From the NCBI RefSeq assembly GCF_000015585.1, contig NC_008789.1, positions 870,001 through 902,000 on the forward strand: a DNA stretch of 32,000 bases. The letters run 5' to 3'. This document shows, in pieces, positions 15,420 to 25,444 of the stretch. The position numbers were made by a program, and so were the translations under genes. The notes beneath the pieces were generated by a model, which searched no databases, had not been told where the DNA came from, and saw only the letters and a list, made by a program, of their open reading frames with translations. How positions within the stretch are numbered: position 1 is the stretch's first letter; each line of letters begins with the position of its first letter. The stretch is from Halorhodospira halophila SL1. Lineage in GTDB: Bacteria; Pseudomonadota; Gammaproteobacteria; Nitrococcales; Halorhodospiraceae.

Positions 15420-16271
15420 ATGGACACCCCCCGCGACCCGGCTGCTGCCACCCCGACGCCCTCCGTGCCGGAGGCCCTCCACCGCGAGGTCCTGGTGGCC
15501 CGCGACCAGGCGCGCAAGAACGTCTTCCTGCTAAGCCATCAGGGGCGTCAGGTCGTCGTCAAATTCCCCGATCAGAAGGGGCGCGGCTGGCTGCACGCCT
15601 GGTTGATGCGCACCACCGCCGCCCCGATGGTGCGCCACCCGTTGCCCGTTGCGCCGTTTCGTCTCAAGCCCCCGGCGGAGCGTACCGCCTTCGAGGCACA
15701 GCGCCTGCACGCGCTGGCTGAAGCCGGGGCTCCCGTGCCGCGGTTGGTGGGCCTCGGCGACGGCTATCTGATCATGGAGCACGCCGGACAGCGCCTGGAG
15801 AATTGGACACGGGACCTCAACCTGCCGCCTGCCGAGGTCGATGCCCGGGTGCTGGCTGCGGCACGGGCCCTGGCCCAGCTCCACTGCACCGGCGGCTGGC
15901 ACGGAGCACCGCAGTTACGCAACATCATGGTCCGGGACGACGGGAGCGTGGCCTTCATCGACTTCGAGGAGGATCTCTCCATCCTCGAGCCGGAGGCGCG
16001 CCACGCCTACGATCTGCTGCAGTTCCTCTCCTCGCTGGTGGTGCCGCGGGACGACGGCCCCCACCGCCCGGAACTGACCGAGCGGGCCGCCCGCGCCTAT
16101 CTTGCCCTGATGGGCGACGGCCCGTTGGGCCCGCTGGCCGCCTACCAGCGGCGGGCAGCCCGCATCAAGCGCTGGCTGGGCCCGGTGCGGCGGCGCCTGG
16201 GCAAGGACGTGCAGCGGACTTTCGGGGCAATCGACGTGGTGGAGGCCCTGCTCCGCGACCCCGCCCGCTAG
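15420..16271 (+). CDS. Protein-kinase-like fold protein with Asp-to-Ala substitution in the catalytic loop (paralog D; predicted pseudokinase or atypical enzyme)
   Basis: Motifs: VVVKFP (Lys), FEAQRLHAL (alphaC Glu), YLIMEHAG (hinge), WHGAPQLRN in place of HxDxxxxN, and FIDFEED. The start is taken as ATG 15420. Confidence 0.6.
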   Translation: MDTPRDPAAATPTPSVPEALHREVLVARDQARKNVFLLSHQGRQVVVKFPDQKGRGWLHAWLMRTTAAPMVRHPLPVAPFRLKPPAERTAFEAQRLHALAEAGAPVPRLVGLGDGYLIMEHAGQRLENWTRDLNLPPAEVDARVLAAARALAQLHCTGGWHGAPQLRNIMVRDDGSVAFIDFEEDLSILEPEARHAYDLLQFLSSLVVPRDDGPHRPELTERAARAYLALMGDGPLGPLAAYQRRAARIKRWLGPVRRRLGKDVQRTFGAIDVVEALLRDPAR

Positions 16272-17134
16272 TCGGCGGTCCGCTCCAGCCCACCCCGGAG
16301 GGCCTGCCCGAGGGCCGCGATGCGCCGGGCGTCCCCGCCCACCCAGCGGGCCACCCCAGCCATCACTCCCTGTATGCGCCGGGATCGCGACTGGTAGCGC
16401 TCCAGGCATCCGCGCGCTTGCGCGCCACCGGCGGTCTGCAGATAGGCCACCAATGCCTCTTCGGCCAGCGACACCTGGGGCGGGTGCTTCTTGCCCCGCA
16501 GGATCACCAGTGAGGAGAGAAACTTGACGATGTCGTTGGCGGCACATACCTCCGCAGGCACGGCCCGGAGGTCTTCTTCGAAGTCGATCAGGTGGATGGC
16601 CCCGGCCTCATCGACCAGCACGTTTCGGATGCGGGGGGCGCCGTGCCAGTGCCCCTGGGCGTGGAGCGAACCAAGCAGCTCGGCGGCCGCCACCACCTGA
16701 TCGCCGCAGGCGGCCCGCGGCTCGGTCGCCCGCCGCAGCTGCCGCTCGAGCGGTGTGCCCGCGGCCTCCATCACCAGATACCGGTTGGCCTTCACCCCCA
16801 CCAGCCGCGGCACGGGCGCCCCGGCACGGCGCAGCGCGTCGAGCCGGCCGGCCTCGAACAGGACCCGCGGTCCAGGCGCGGCCATTTGAAACGGCTCCAG
16901 CGGCAGCCGTTCACCGGCCATCGTCGAGGCGCTCATGCGCATGGCCTGGGACTTGATCCAGCTCCGCCCCTTGTCGTCCGGGAACTTGACGACCAGCTTC
17001 CGGCCATCCTGCTCCAGCTCAAGCACCGGCTTCCGGGCCTGCCCGGCCAACCCTTCGATCTGCTCCTGCAGCGCAAGCGGGACGGGGGGAAGAACCTCGG
17101 GGGGCGCGACTGCACTGACTGTCGACTGGTTCAT
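16268..17134 (-). CDS. Protein-kinase-like fold protein, paralog of 15420..16271, with the same Asp-to-Ala substitution (paralog E)
   Basis: Motifs: LVVKFPDDKGRSW, FEAGRLDALRRAGAPVPRLVG, WHGAPRIRN, LIDFEED and FLSSLVILR, collinear with paralog D. ATG at 17134. The track extension to 17926 is antisense to PAP2 and was rejected. Confidence 0.6.
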   Translation of the reverse strand: MNQSTVSAVAPPEVLPPVPLALQEQIEGLAGQARKPVLELEQDGRKLVVKFPDDKGRSWIKSQAMRMSASTMAGERLPLEPFQMAAPGPRVLFEAGRLDALRRAGAPVPRLVGVKANRYLVMEAAGTPLERQLRRATEPRAACGDQVVAAAELLGSLHAQGHWHGAPRIRNVLVDEAGAIHLIDFEEDLRAVPAEVCAANDIVKFLSSLVILRGKKHPPQVSLAEEALVAYLQTAGGAQARGCLERYQSRSRRIQGVMAGVARWVGGDARRIAALGQALRGGLERTAD

Positions 17135-17233
17135 GCGTGCGATTCTATGGGTTCCGCTTCTCTCGCGCCACCTGCGGGAAATCGCTACAATCCCGCACGT
17201 TTTGTCCACTGACGCCACCCCGGGATATCCAGG

Positions 17234-18079
17234 ATGCAGCACACCTACCGACGCCTTCTCGCAGGATCGCTCGGCATCGCTGTGCTCGTCGGGTTGAGCG
17301 GCGCTCCCGCCCCTACACACGCGGCATCCGGCGACACCCCGGGCCAGGCGGAATCCGCCCCCGGCGAGTACACGTACTGGGGCAACTTCCTGCGCATCCC
17401 GGCCCGCGCCGCCGGCGAGCTGGTGCGCACGGATCCGGAGGGGCTGCGGCGCAACGCCATCGCGGTGGGCTCCATCGCCGCCGCCTTCGCCCTCGATCAG
17501 CAGATCCGCGACACCATGCAGGACGACCTGCGCGGGCGCGATAGCGACGAACTCACCGATATCCTCTACGAGGTCGGGCGCCCGAAAGTCGCCCTGGCCG
17601 GTTTCGTCGGCGGCTACGCCTACAGCTTCCTGGCCCGGGATCGCTACTTCCGCGAGACCCTGCACCTCTCTTTCCAGTCCCTGCTGATCACGCAGGTCAT
17701 CACCGATACCACGCGGAATGTCGGGCGCGAACGGCCACGCAACAGCCCCGACGACGCCTTCAACTTCGGCAACCGCGGCGGGCAGTCGTATTTCTCGGGG
17801 CACGCCTCGGGGACCTGGGCGGTGATGACCGTACTGGCCTCCCGCTATCCGCACGCGCCGGTCCAGTGGGGCGCCTACGGGCTGGCCACCGCAGTCTCGC
17901 TCTCCCGCGTGCACGATGACGGGCACTGGACCTCGGATATCGTTACGGGTTCATTGGTCGGCTACGGCATCGGGCGACTCACCGTGGCCCTGGATCCTTT
18001 CGAGAGCGACCACGTCCACCTGACCCCGCACCGGTTCGAGGACGACGACTGGGGCGTGGGCCTCCACGCCCGTTTCTAG
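17234..18079 (+). CDS. PAP2-superfamily membrane phosphatase with signal peptide (candidate lipid A / undecaprenyl-PP phosphatase)
   Basis: Signal-like N-terminus LLAGSLGIAVLVGLSGAPAPTHA. PAP2 motifs TRNVGRERP (KX6RP-like), FSGHAS (SGH) and SRVHDDGHWTSD (SRX5HX3D). About six hydrophobic segments. Confidence 0.75.
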   Translation: MQHTYRRLLAGSLGIAVLVGLSGAPAPTHAASGDTPGQAESAPGEYTYWGNFLRIPARAAGELVRTDPEGLRRNAIAVGSIAAAFALDQQIRDTMQDDLRGRDSDELTDILYEVGRPKVALAGFVGGYAYSFLARDRYFRETLHLSFQSLLITQVITDTTRNVGRERPRNSPDDAFNFGNRGGQSYFSGHASGTWAVMTVLASRYPHAPVQWGAYGLATAVSLSRVHDDGHWTSDIVTGSLVGYGIGRLTVALDPFESDHVHLTPHRFEDDDWGVGLHARF

Positions 18080-18099
18080 GCGCTGACGAAGAGGCGAGT

Positions 18100-19995
<1,896 letters not shown>

Positions 19996-20058
19996 GCCCT
20001 GTGTTAAAGTTCCGACCTTCTGTCCTAATCCCCCGCGCTGGCAACGGAGCGCCGCGTC

Positions 20059-21141
20059 GTGACGCAAGTCGTCCTACAGATCCTCTTCGCCTTTGCGCTG
20101 ACCGCCGTGTTGTTGCTGGTCCTGCGCCGGCCGGCCCTGAAGGCCGGGCTGGTGGACCGGCCCTGTGGGCGCAAGCGCCACGGGCGCGTGGTGCCATTGA
20201 TTGGCGGGGTCTGCATCCTGCTCGGGTTCGTCGCCGCGAGCCTGCCGGCGGACTTCGGGCTGCGCGATTACCAGGGCCTGTTCGCCGGCATGGCGGTGCT
20301 GCTCATCGTGGGGGTGGTCGATGATCTGATCGATATCGACGCCTGGATCAAGTTCGGCGCCCAGGTGGTCGCCGCACTGCTCATGACCGTGTGGTCCGGC
20401 CTGGTGGTGGAGGACCTCGGGCAGCTGCTCGGTCCCCACGTGGCATTGGAGTTGGGCGCCCTGGCCGTGCCCTTTACGGTCTTCTGTGTGGTCGGCCTGA
20501 TCAACGCCGTGAACATGTTCGACGGCGTCGACGGCCTGGCCGCCGGCACCGTGGCCGCCGCCCTGGGCTGGCTGGTGCTGGCCGGTGCGGTCAACGGCGG
20601 CGCCAGCTGGCTGGTGCTGGCCGGGCTGTTCCTCGCCTCCGTCTGCGCCTTCCTGATCTTCAACATGCGCAACCCCTGGCGGCGCAAGGCGGCCTGCTTC
20701 CTGGGGGATTCAGGGAGCATGATGCTCGGCTTTGCCCTGGCCTGGTTCGCCGTAGAGGCCGCCCAGGGCGACCACGCCCTGCTGCCGCCGGTGGCCATCG
20801 CCTGGATCCTCGCCCTGCCGGTGCTCGACACCCTGACCCTGATGGGGCGGCGCATCCTCCGCGGCCGCCACCCGTTCCACCCGGACCGTGAGCACCTGCA
20901 CCACATCTTCTACCGCGCCGGCTTCACGCCGGGCCAGACCGTCACGGTGCTGGTCCTGGCCTCGTTGGCGCTGGGGAGTATCGGGGTGGTGGGCACCTGG
21001 TTGGGGGTGCCCGAGTGGGTTCTGGCCGCCCTCTTCGTGCCGGTGGCCGCGGCCCATCTGCTGGCCCAGGCGCGGGCGTGGCGCTTTGCGCGGCTGATGC
21101 GCCGCCAGCTGCGCTGGGCGCGCTCCCGCCTGCGGGGGTGA
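20059..21141 (+). CDS. wecA: Undecaprenyl-phosphate sugar-1-phosphate transferase, MraY/WecA family (GT4)
   Basis: LKAGLVDRPCGRKRHGRVVPLIGGV, VVDDLIDI and NAVNMFDGVDGLAAG are hallmark WecA/WbpL motifs. About 10-11 TM segments. Confidence 0.8.
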   Translation: MTQVVLQILFAFALTAVLLLVLRRPALKAGLVDRPCGRKRHGRVVPLIGGVCILLGFVAASLPADFGLRDYQGLFAGMAVLLIVGVVDDLIDIDAWIKFGAQVVAALLMTVWSGLVVEDLGQLLGPHVALELGALAVPFTVFCVVGLINAVNMFDGVDGLAAGTVAAALGWLVLAGAVNGGASWLVLAGLFLASVCAFLIFNMRNPWRRKAACFLGDSGSMMLGFALAWFAVEAAQGDHALLPPVAIAWILALPVLDTLTLMGRRILRGRHPFHPDREHLHHIFYRAGFTPGQTVTVLVLASLALGSIGVVGTWLGVPEWVLAALFVPVAAAHLLAQARAWRFARLMRRQLRWARSRLRG

Positions 21142-21265
21142 CTGCGCGGCGGCCCGGGGCAGGCTGCGACGAGGGCCCACGCGCGTTCGGGCCGACTGCG
21201 CATTGAGAATTATTCGCAAATCGTGCATGCTGGCTTCAACATTGCCACATCGCGCGGGAGCGCTC

Positions 21266-22393
21266 ATGGTGGACTACACGGCATCACCCCTGCTCGAGCT
21301 CAGTAACGTCCACTGCTGCTACGGCGGCACCACCGCGGTCTATCAGCTTAGCCTGCGCGTCATGCCCGGGCAGATCGCCTGCCTGCTCGGCCCCAGTGGC
21401 TGCGGCAAGACCACCACGCTGCGGGCCATCGCCGGCTTCGAGCCGCTGTGCAACGGCGAGATCCGCGTGCGCGGCGAGCCCCTCTCGGTGCCGGGCTACG
21501 TGATGCCACCCGAGAAACGGCGCATGGGGATGGTCTTCCAGGACTACGCCCTCTTCCCGCACCTGAACATCTACGACAACATCACCTTCGGCCTGCGTAA
21601 GCTCAGCCGCCGCGATCGGCGTCGGCGCGCCGACGAGCTGCTGGAGCTGGTGGACCTGCAGGGCTACGGGGAGCGGTTTCCCCACGAGCTCTCCGGCGGG
21701 CAGCAGCAGCGGGTCTCCCTGGCCCGGGCGGTGGCCCCGCAGCCGCAGCTGGTGCTGCTCGATGAGCCCTTCTCCAACCTGGATGTGGAGCTGCGCGAGC
21801 GGCTCAGCCGCGAGTTCCACGACATCTTCCGCGATCAGCAGATCACCGCCATCCTGGTCACCCACGACCAGCACGAGGCCTTCGCCATGGCGGATGAGAT
21901 CGGCCTGATGCGCGACGGCCGCATCGTGCAGTGGGACACCCCCTTCAACCTCTACCATGAGCCGGCGGACCGCTTCGCTGCGGAGTTCATCGGCCAAGGC
22001 AGCATGATCTCCGGCACCCTGATCGACGGCGAGCGCATCCAGACCAGTCTGGGTACCCTGCGCGGCAGCCACGGCTTTCCGTGGCCGGCCGGGACCCGGG
22101 TGGACGTGCTCCTGCGCCCGGACGACGTGCGCATGGGCGAGGCCCCCTCGGGGCTCTACGGCCGGGTCGTCAAGAAGGCGTTCAAGGGCGCCGAGACCCT
22201 CTACACCCTACGCACCCCGGACGGCGTCGAGCTCCTTGCCCTGGCGCCGAGCCACAGCGACTACGACGTGGGCGACGACGTGGGCCTGACCATGGACACC
22301 GAGCACCTGGTGGCCTTCCCCGCCGACGGCGAGGTGCAGGCGGCGGTGGAACAGCCCACCCGTTTTCCGGTCCGCGCCGTCAACGTCGGCTGA
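21266..22393 (+). CDS. ABC transporter ATP-binding protein, PotA/CysA/FbpC type with a C-terminal TOBE-like domain; no adjacent permease or binding protein
   Basis: LLGPSGCGKTTTLRAIAGFE, MVFQDYALFPHLN, LSGGQQQRVSLARA and LLDEPFSNLD. GGGAG lies 5 nt upstream of ATG 21266. The track start 21203 is less likely. Confidence 0.8.
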   Translation: MVDYTASPLLELSNVHCCYGGTTAVYQLSLRVMPGQIACLLGPSGCGKTTTLRAIAGFEPLCNGEIRVRGEPLSVPGYVMPPEKRRMGMVFQDYALFPHLNIYDNITFGLRKLSRRDRRRRADELLELVDLQGYGERFPHELSGGQQQRVSLARAVAPQPQLVLLDEPFSNLDVELRERLSREFHDIFRDQQITAILVTHDQHEAFAMADEIGLMRDGRIVQWDTPFNLYHEPADRFAAEFIGQGSMISGTLIDGERIQTSLGTLRGSHGFPWPAGTRVDVLLRPDDVRMGEAPSGLYGRVVKKAFKGAETLYTLRTPDGVELLALAPSHSDYDVGDDVGLTMDTEHLVAFPADGEVQAAVEQPTRFPVRAVNVG

Positions 22394-22463
22394 AGCCCCA
22401 CTCAAGGCCCCGCGACTCCTGCCGCTAAAGTCGGTAGACCCCTGATCGACACAGGTACCGACC

Positions 22464-23771
22464 ATGCGCTGGACCCCCTTGACCGCTGCGGCCCTCGCCA
22501 CCCTGCTGCCGCTGACCGCGGCCGCCAACCACCACCCTGCCGGCTCGGCGCTGGGCTTTGGCGATGCCACTCGCTTTGCCGACACCCAGGGCAGCAAGCA
22601 GAACCCCGCCGGCCCCATCGCCGCCAGCGACCGGGGCGTGCGCATGGGCGTCTTCGCCCTCGGCCTCTCCTACGAGCTGGGCGATGTCGCCGACTTCAGC
22701 GACGACTTCGAGGCGCTCGGGGAGGAGCTCGAAGACCTGGAGCGGCTGCTCGAGGAGGTGGAGTCGGGGGACGTCGATCCCGACAACGCCGAGGACGAGA
22801 TTGAGTCATTCCAGGCCAATGTGAATGAAATCCTCGACCGCATCGGTGAGGACGGCTACCTGACCGCCGGGGTCACCGGGCAGTTCGTGCCCTTCCCCTT
22901 CGAGACCACCCAGGACGCCCTGCGCGGCTCGCTGCTCATCGATCTGGACTACAGCCTGCGCGGGCACATCTCGGTGCTCCGGGGGGAAGACCTCGACCTG
23001 AGTATCGACGACCAGGATGACGCCGGGGACGCTTTGGACACCCTCGACGGCTTCGGCGGTTACGTCCGCAGCGCCGTCACCCGGACGTTCACCCTCGGCT
23101 ACGGCTCCGCCGTCTACGAGAACCGGCAGGGATTGCTCTTCGCGGGGGCGCAGCTCAAGCACCACCAGGTGGAGCTCTCGCGGATGGCGGTGGGCTTCGA
23201 TGACGACCCGGGCAGCCAGCTCAGCGACGAATTCCGCGAGAACGCCGAGACCGACTCGGATCTCGGGGTGGATCTGGGGGTGATGTGGGTCAGCGACCGG
23301 TACCGGGCCGGGGCCAGCGTGGCCAACCTGATCGAGCCCACCTTCGACTACCCGGCGGTGGAGGACGACGACACCTTCGACGCCGCCGCCGAGCGCGGCG
23401 AAATCGACCGGGATGAGTCCTACCGCATGGAGCGCCAGCTCAGCGTCGAAGGAGCGGTCCACACCGACGACGGACGCTGGCTGCTGGGCGGCTCGCTGGA
23501 TCTCAACCCCGCCGACGGGCCCTTTGCCGCCGGCTCCGAAGACGCCTACCAGTGGTTGACCGTGGGCGCCGCTTACCGTTCGCCCCACGCCGCCCTGCCC
23601 GGATGGCGACTGGGCTATCGGCAGAACCTGACCGGCTCGGAGCTCGGCTACCTGACCGGCGGTGTGACGCTCTTCCGCGTCCTGAGCCTGGATGCGGCCA
23701 TGAGCACGGAGACGGTGGACTCCGTGCCGCGGGCGTTCATGCTCAACGCCGGCGTGGGGCTGCGCTTCTAG
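22464..23771 (+). CDS. Secreted acidic outer-membrane beta-barrel protein (TraF_2-like family suspected)
   Basis: The signal peptide is MRWTPLTAAALATLLPLTAAA. The C-terminal half has alternating beta-strand patterns, and it ends in the OMP-type terminus AGVGLRF. It has a long Asp/Glu-rich helical insert. Confidence 0.5.
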   Translation: MRWTPLTAAALATLLPLTAAANHHPAGSALGFGDATRFADTQGSKQNPAGPIAASDRGVRMGVFALGLSYELGDVADFSDDFEALGEELEDLERLLEEVESGDVDPDNAEDEIESFQANVNEILDRIGEDGYLTAGVTGQFVPFPFETTQDALRGSLLIDLDYSLRGHISVLRGEDLDLSIDDQDDAGDALDTLDGFGGYVRSAVTRTFTLGYGSAVYENRQGLLFAGAQLKHHQVELSRMAVGFDDDPGSQLSDEFRENAETDSDLGVDLGVMWVSDRYRAGASVANLIEPTFDYPAVEDDDTFDAAAERGEIDRDESYRMERQLSVEGAVHTDDGRWLLGGSLDLNPADGPFAAGSEDAYQWLTVGAAYRSPHAALPGWRLGYRQNLTGSELGYLTGGVTLFRVLSLDAAMSTETVDSVPRAFMLNAGVGLRF

Positions 23772-25444
23772 CCCCCCGCCAGCACGCCCAGCAGGGCGAT
23801 GCCCAGCACCAGCAGCAGGAACAGCGCCCCGGCCATGGCCAGGGCGATGAGCCGCCCCTCCACCGCTGCGCCGAGGCGGGCGACCACCGCCAGCGAAGGC
23901 GCCGGCGGGCGCGCCGGCAGCCGGCGCCAGGCGCGGCGGCTGGTGCGGCCCAGGCGCACGCCGGCAAGCAGGGCCGGCTTGATCCAGTCGCCCTCCGGGA
24001 TCCGCGGCAGGCGCTCGGCGCCGGCCAGGCCGAAGAGCACCGCCGCCACTGCCCCGCCGGCGAGCGCCGGCAGGAGCGCGTCGAGCAGCACCGCCGGCCG
24101 CCAGGCGTAGCCCACCCAGTCCGGGGCCACCCCGGCGGCCAGCAGCCACGGCAGGCTCAGCGACAGCGCCACCAGGGCGAGCACCGCCCCGCGCTGGGCC
24201 AGCGGATCCCGCGCCCCGTCGCCGCGCCAGGCCAGCAGCAGGAAACGGACCATGAGCACCGCGGTCAGCGCCGAGGCGAGCAGCAGCAGCGGCTCCGCCG
24301 GCGCCCCCACGGCCTCGGTGCTGAGCTGCTTGCCGGCGGCCTTGGCCAGGGCGCCGCTGGTGGCCGGCACCCCCACCAGGGCCAGCGCCGGCAGCAGCAG
24401 GTACGCGCCGCGGTGGCGGCCGTGGAGCCCACAACCGAGGAACAGCGCCCCCTTGGCCAGGCCGTGGTGCAGGGCGAACAGCGCCACGCCGGTGAGGGCC
24501 ACCCCGGCCAGCGCCGGCTGGAGCAGTGCGGTGCCGGTGAAGGCGGTCATCAGCCCCATCTGGCTCACCGTGGAGTAGGCCAGCACCGTCTTGGCCCGGC
24601 GCTGGGTCACGCCCACCACGCTGGCGTAGAGGCTGCTGGCCAGCCCCGCCGCCACCAGCAGCCCGCCGGCCGCCGGCAGGGCCACCTCGCCGATGGGCAG
24701 CAGGCGCCACCAGGCCACCAGGGCGGCCTTGACCAGCAGGGCCGAGAGCAGCGCACTGGCCGGGACCGGCGCCGCCGGGTGGGCCAGCGCCAGCCAGGCG
24801 TGCAGGGGCACGACGCCGGCCTTCACCGCAAAGCCCACCCCGATCAGCGCCACCAGCACGCCGCGGTATGCGTGCTCGGCGACCAGCGCCGGCACCTCGG
24901 TGAGCGCGGCGTTGCCGCCCTCGGCGGCAATCAGCAGCACGGCGGCCAGGACCGCGGCCTCGGCCAGCACCGCCATGCCCAGGTAGACCCGCCCGGCGCG
25001 GAAGGCCTCCGGGGTGCGGAAGTGGACCACCAGCGGGTAGGCGGCCAGGGTCATGGCGGCGTAGGCGAAGTAGAAGGTGGCCAGATCGGCGGCGAGCAGC
25101 ACCCCCATCAGCGCGGCGACGGTGGCCGCCAGGGCGGTGAGCAGCCCCGGCGTGGCTCCGGTGTGCCGCTGTCCGGCCACCGCGAAGAGCAGGGCCGCCG
25201 CCGCCACCGGGGCGGCGAACAGCAGCACCGCCTGGCCGATGGGATCCGCCGCCAGGCGGGTATCGAGCAGCAGCCACGGCAGGTGCAGCACCTCGCCGCC
25301 CAGGGCCAGGGCGGCCAGCGCCGTCAGCGGCGCGACCACCAGCAGCCCGGCCCCCAGGGCACGGGCACGGCCACCGAGCAGCGCCACCGCCAGCAGCGGC
25401 ATCAGCACGGGCACGAGCAGGCCGACGGCCGGATCGATGCTCAC
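23768..25444 (-). CDS. mrpD: Mrp/NDH-1 antiporter-like subunit (MrpD/NuoLMN family), third copy
   Basis: A polytopic protein with FAVKAGVVPLHAWLALAHPAAPVPASALLSALLVKA and AYSTVSQMG, characteristic of proton_antipo_M. Its GTG start overlaps the upstream stop (GTGA at 25441..25444). Confidence 0.8.
   Translation of the reverse strand: MSIDPAVGLLVPVLMPLLAVALLGGRARALGAGLLVVAPLTALAALALGGEVLHLPWLLLDTRLAADPIGQAVLLFAAPVAAAALLFAVAGQRHTGATPGLLTALAATVAALMGVLLAADLATFYFAYAAMTLAAYPLVVHFRTPEAFRAGRVYLGMAVLAEAAVLAAVLLIAAEGGNAALTEVPALVAEHAYRGVLVALIGVGFAVKAGVVPLHAWLALAHPAAPVPASALLSALLVKAALVAWWRLLPIGEVALPAAGGLLVAAGLASSLYASVVGVTQRRAKTVLAYSTVSQMGLMTAFTGTALLQPALAGVALTGVALFALHHGLAKGALFLGCGLHGRHRGAYLLLPALALVGVPATSGALAKAAGKQLSTEAVGAPAEPLLLLASALTAVLMVRFLLLAWRGDGARDPLAQRGAVLALVALSLSLPWLLAAGVAPDWVGYAWRPAVLLDALLPALAGGAVAAVLFGLAGAERLPRIPEGDWIKPALLAGVRLGRTSRRAWRRLPARPPAPSLAVVARLGAAVEGRLIALAMAGALFLLLVLGIALLGVLAGG

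Noticed and set aside
17135-17926. N-terminal 264-aa extension of track ORF 16268..17926
   Set aside because: The extension is antisense to the PAP2 gene and has shadow-like composition. Similarity to paralog D begins only after Met at 17134.
21205-21223. Possible Fur box (GAGAATTATTCGCAAATCG) upstream of the ABC ATPase
   Set aside because: Only about 10 of 19 positions match the GATAATGATAATCATTATC consensus by my hand alignment. That is too weak to call without a scoring matrix.
22806-25277. 823-aa ORF on the minus strand, the longest in the track
   Set aside because: It is extremely Arg/Gly/Ala/Pro-rich with no motifs. It is an off-frame shadow of mrpD3 and runs antisense to the OMP gene. 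The alternative frame (23768..25444) has clear proton_antipo_M motifs.
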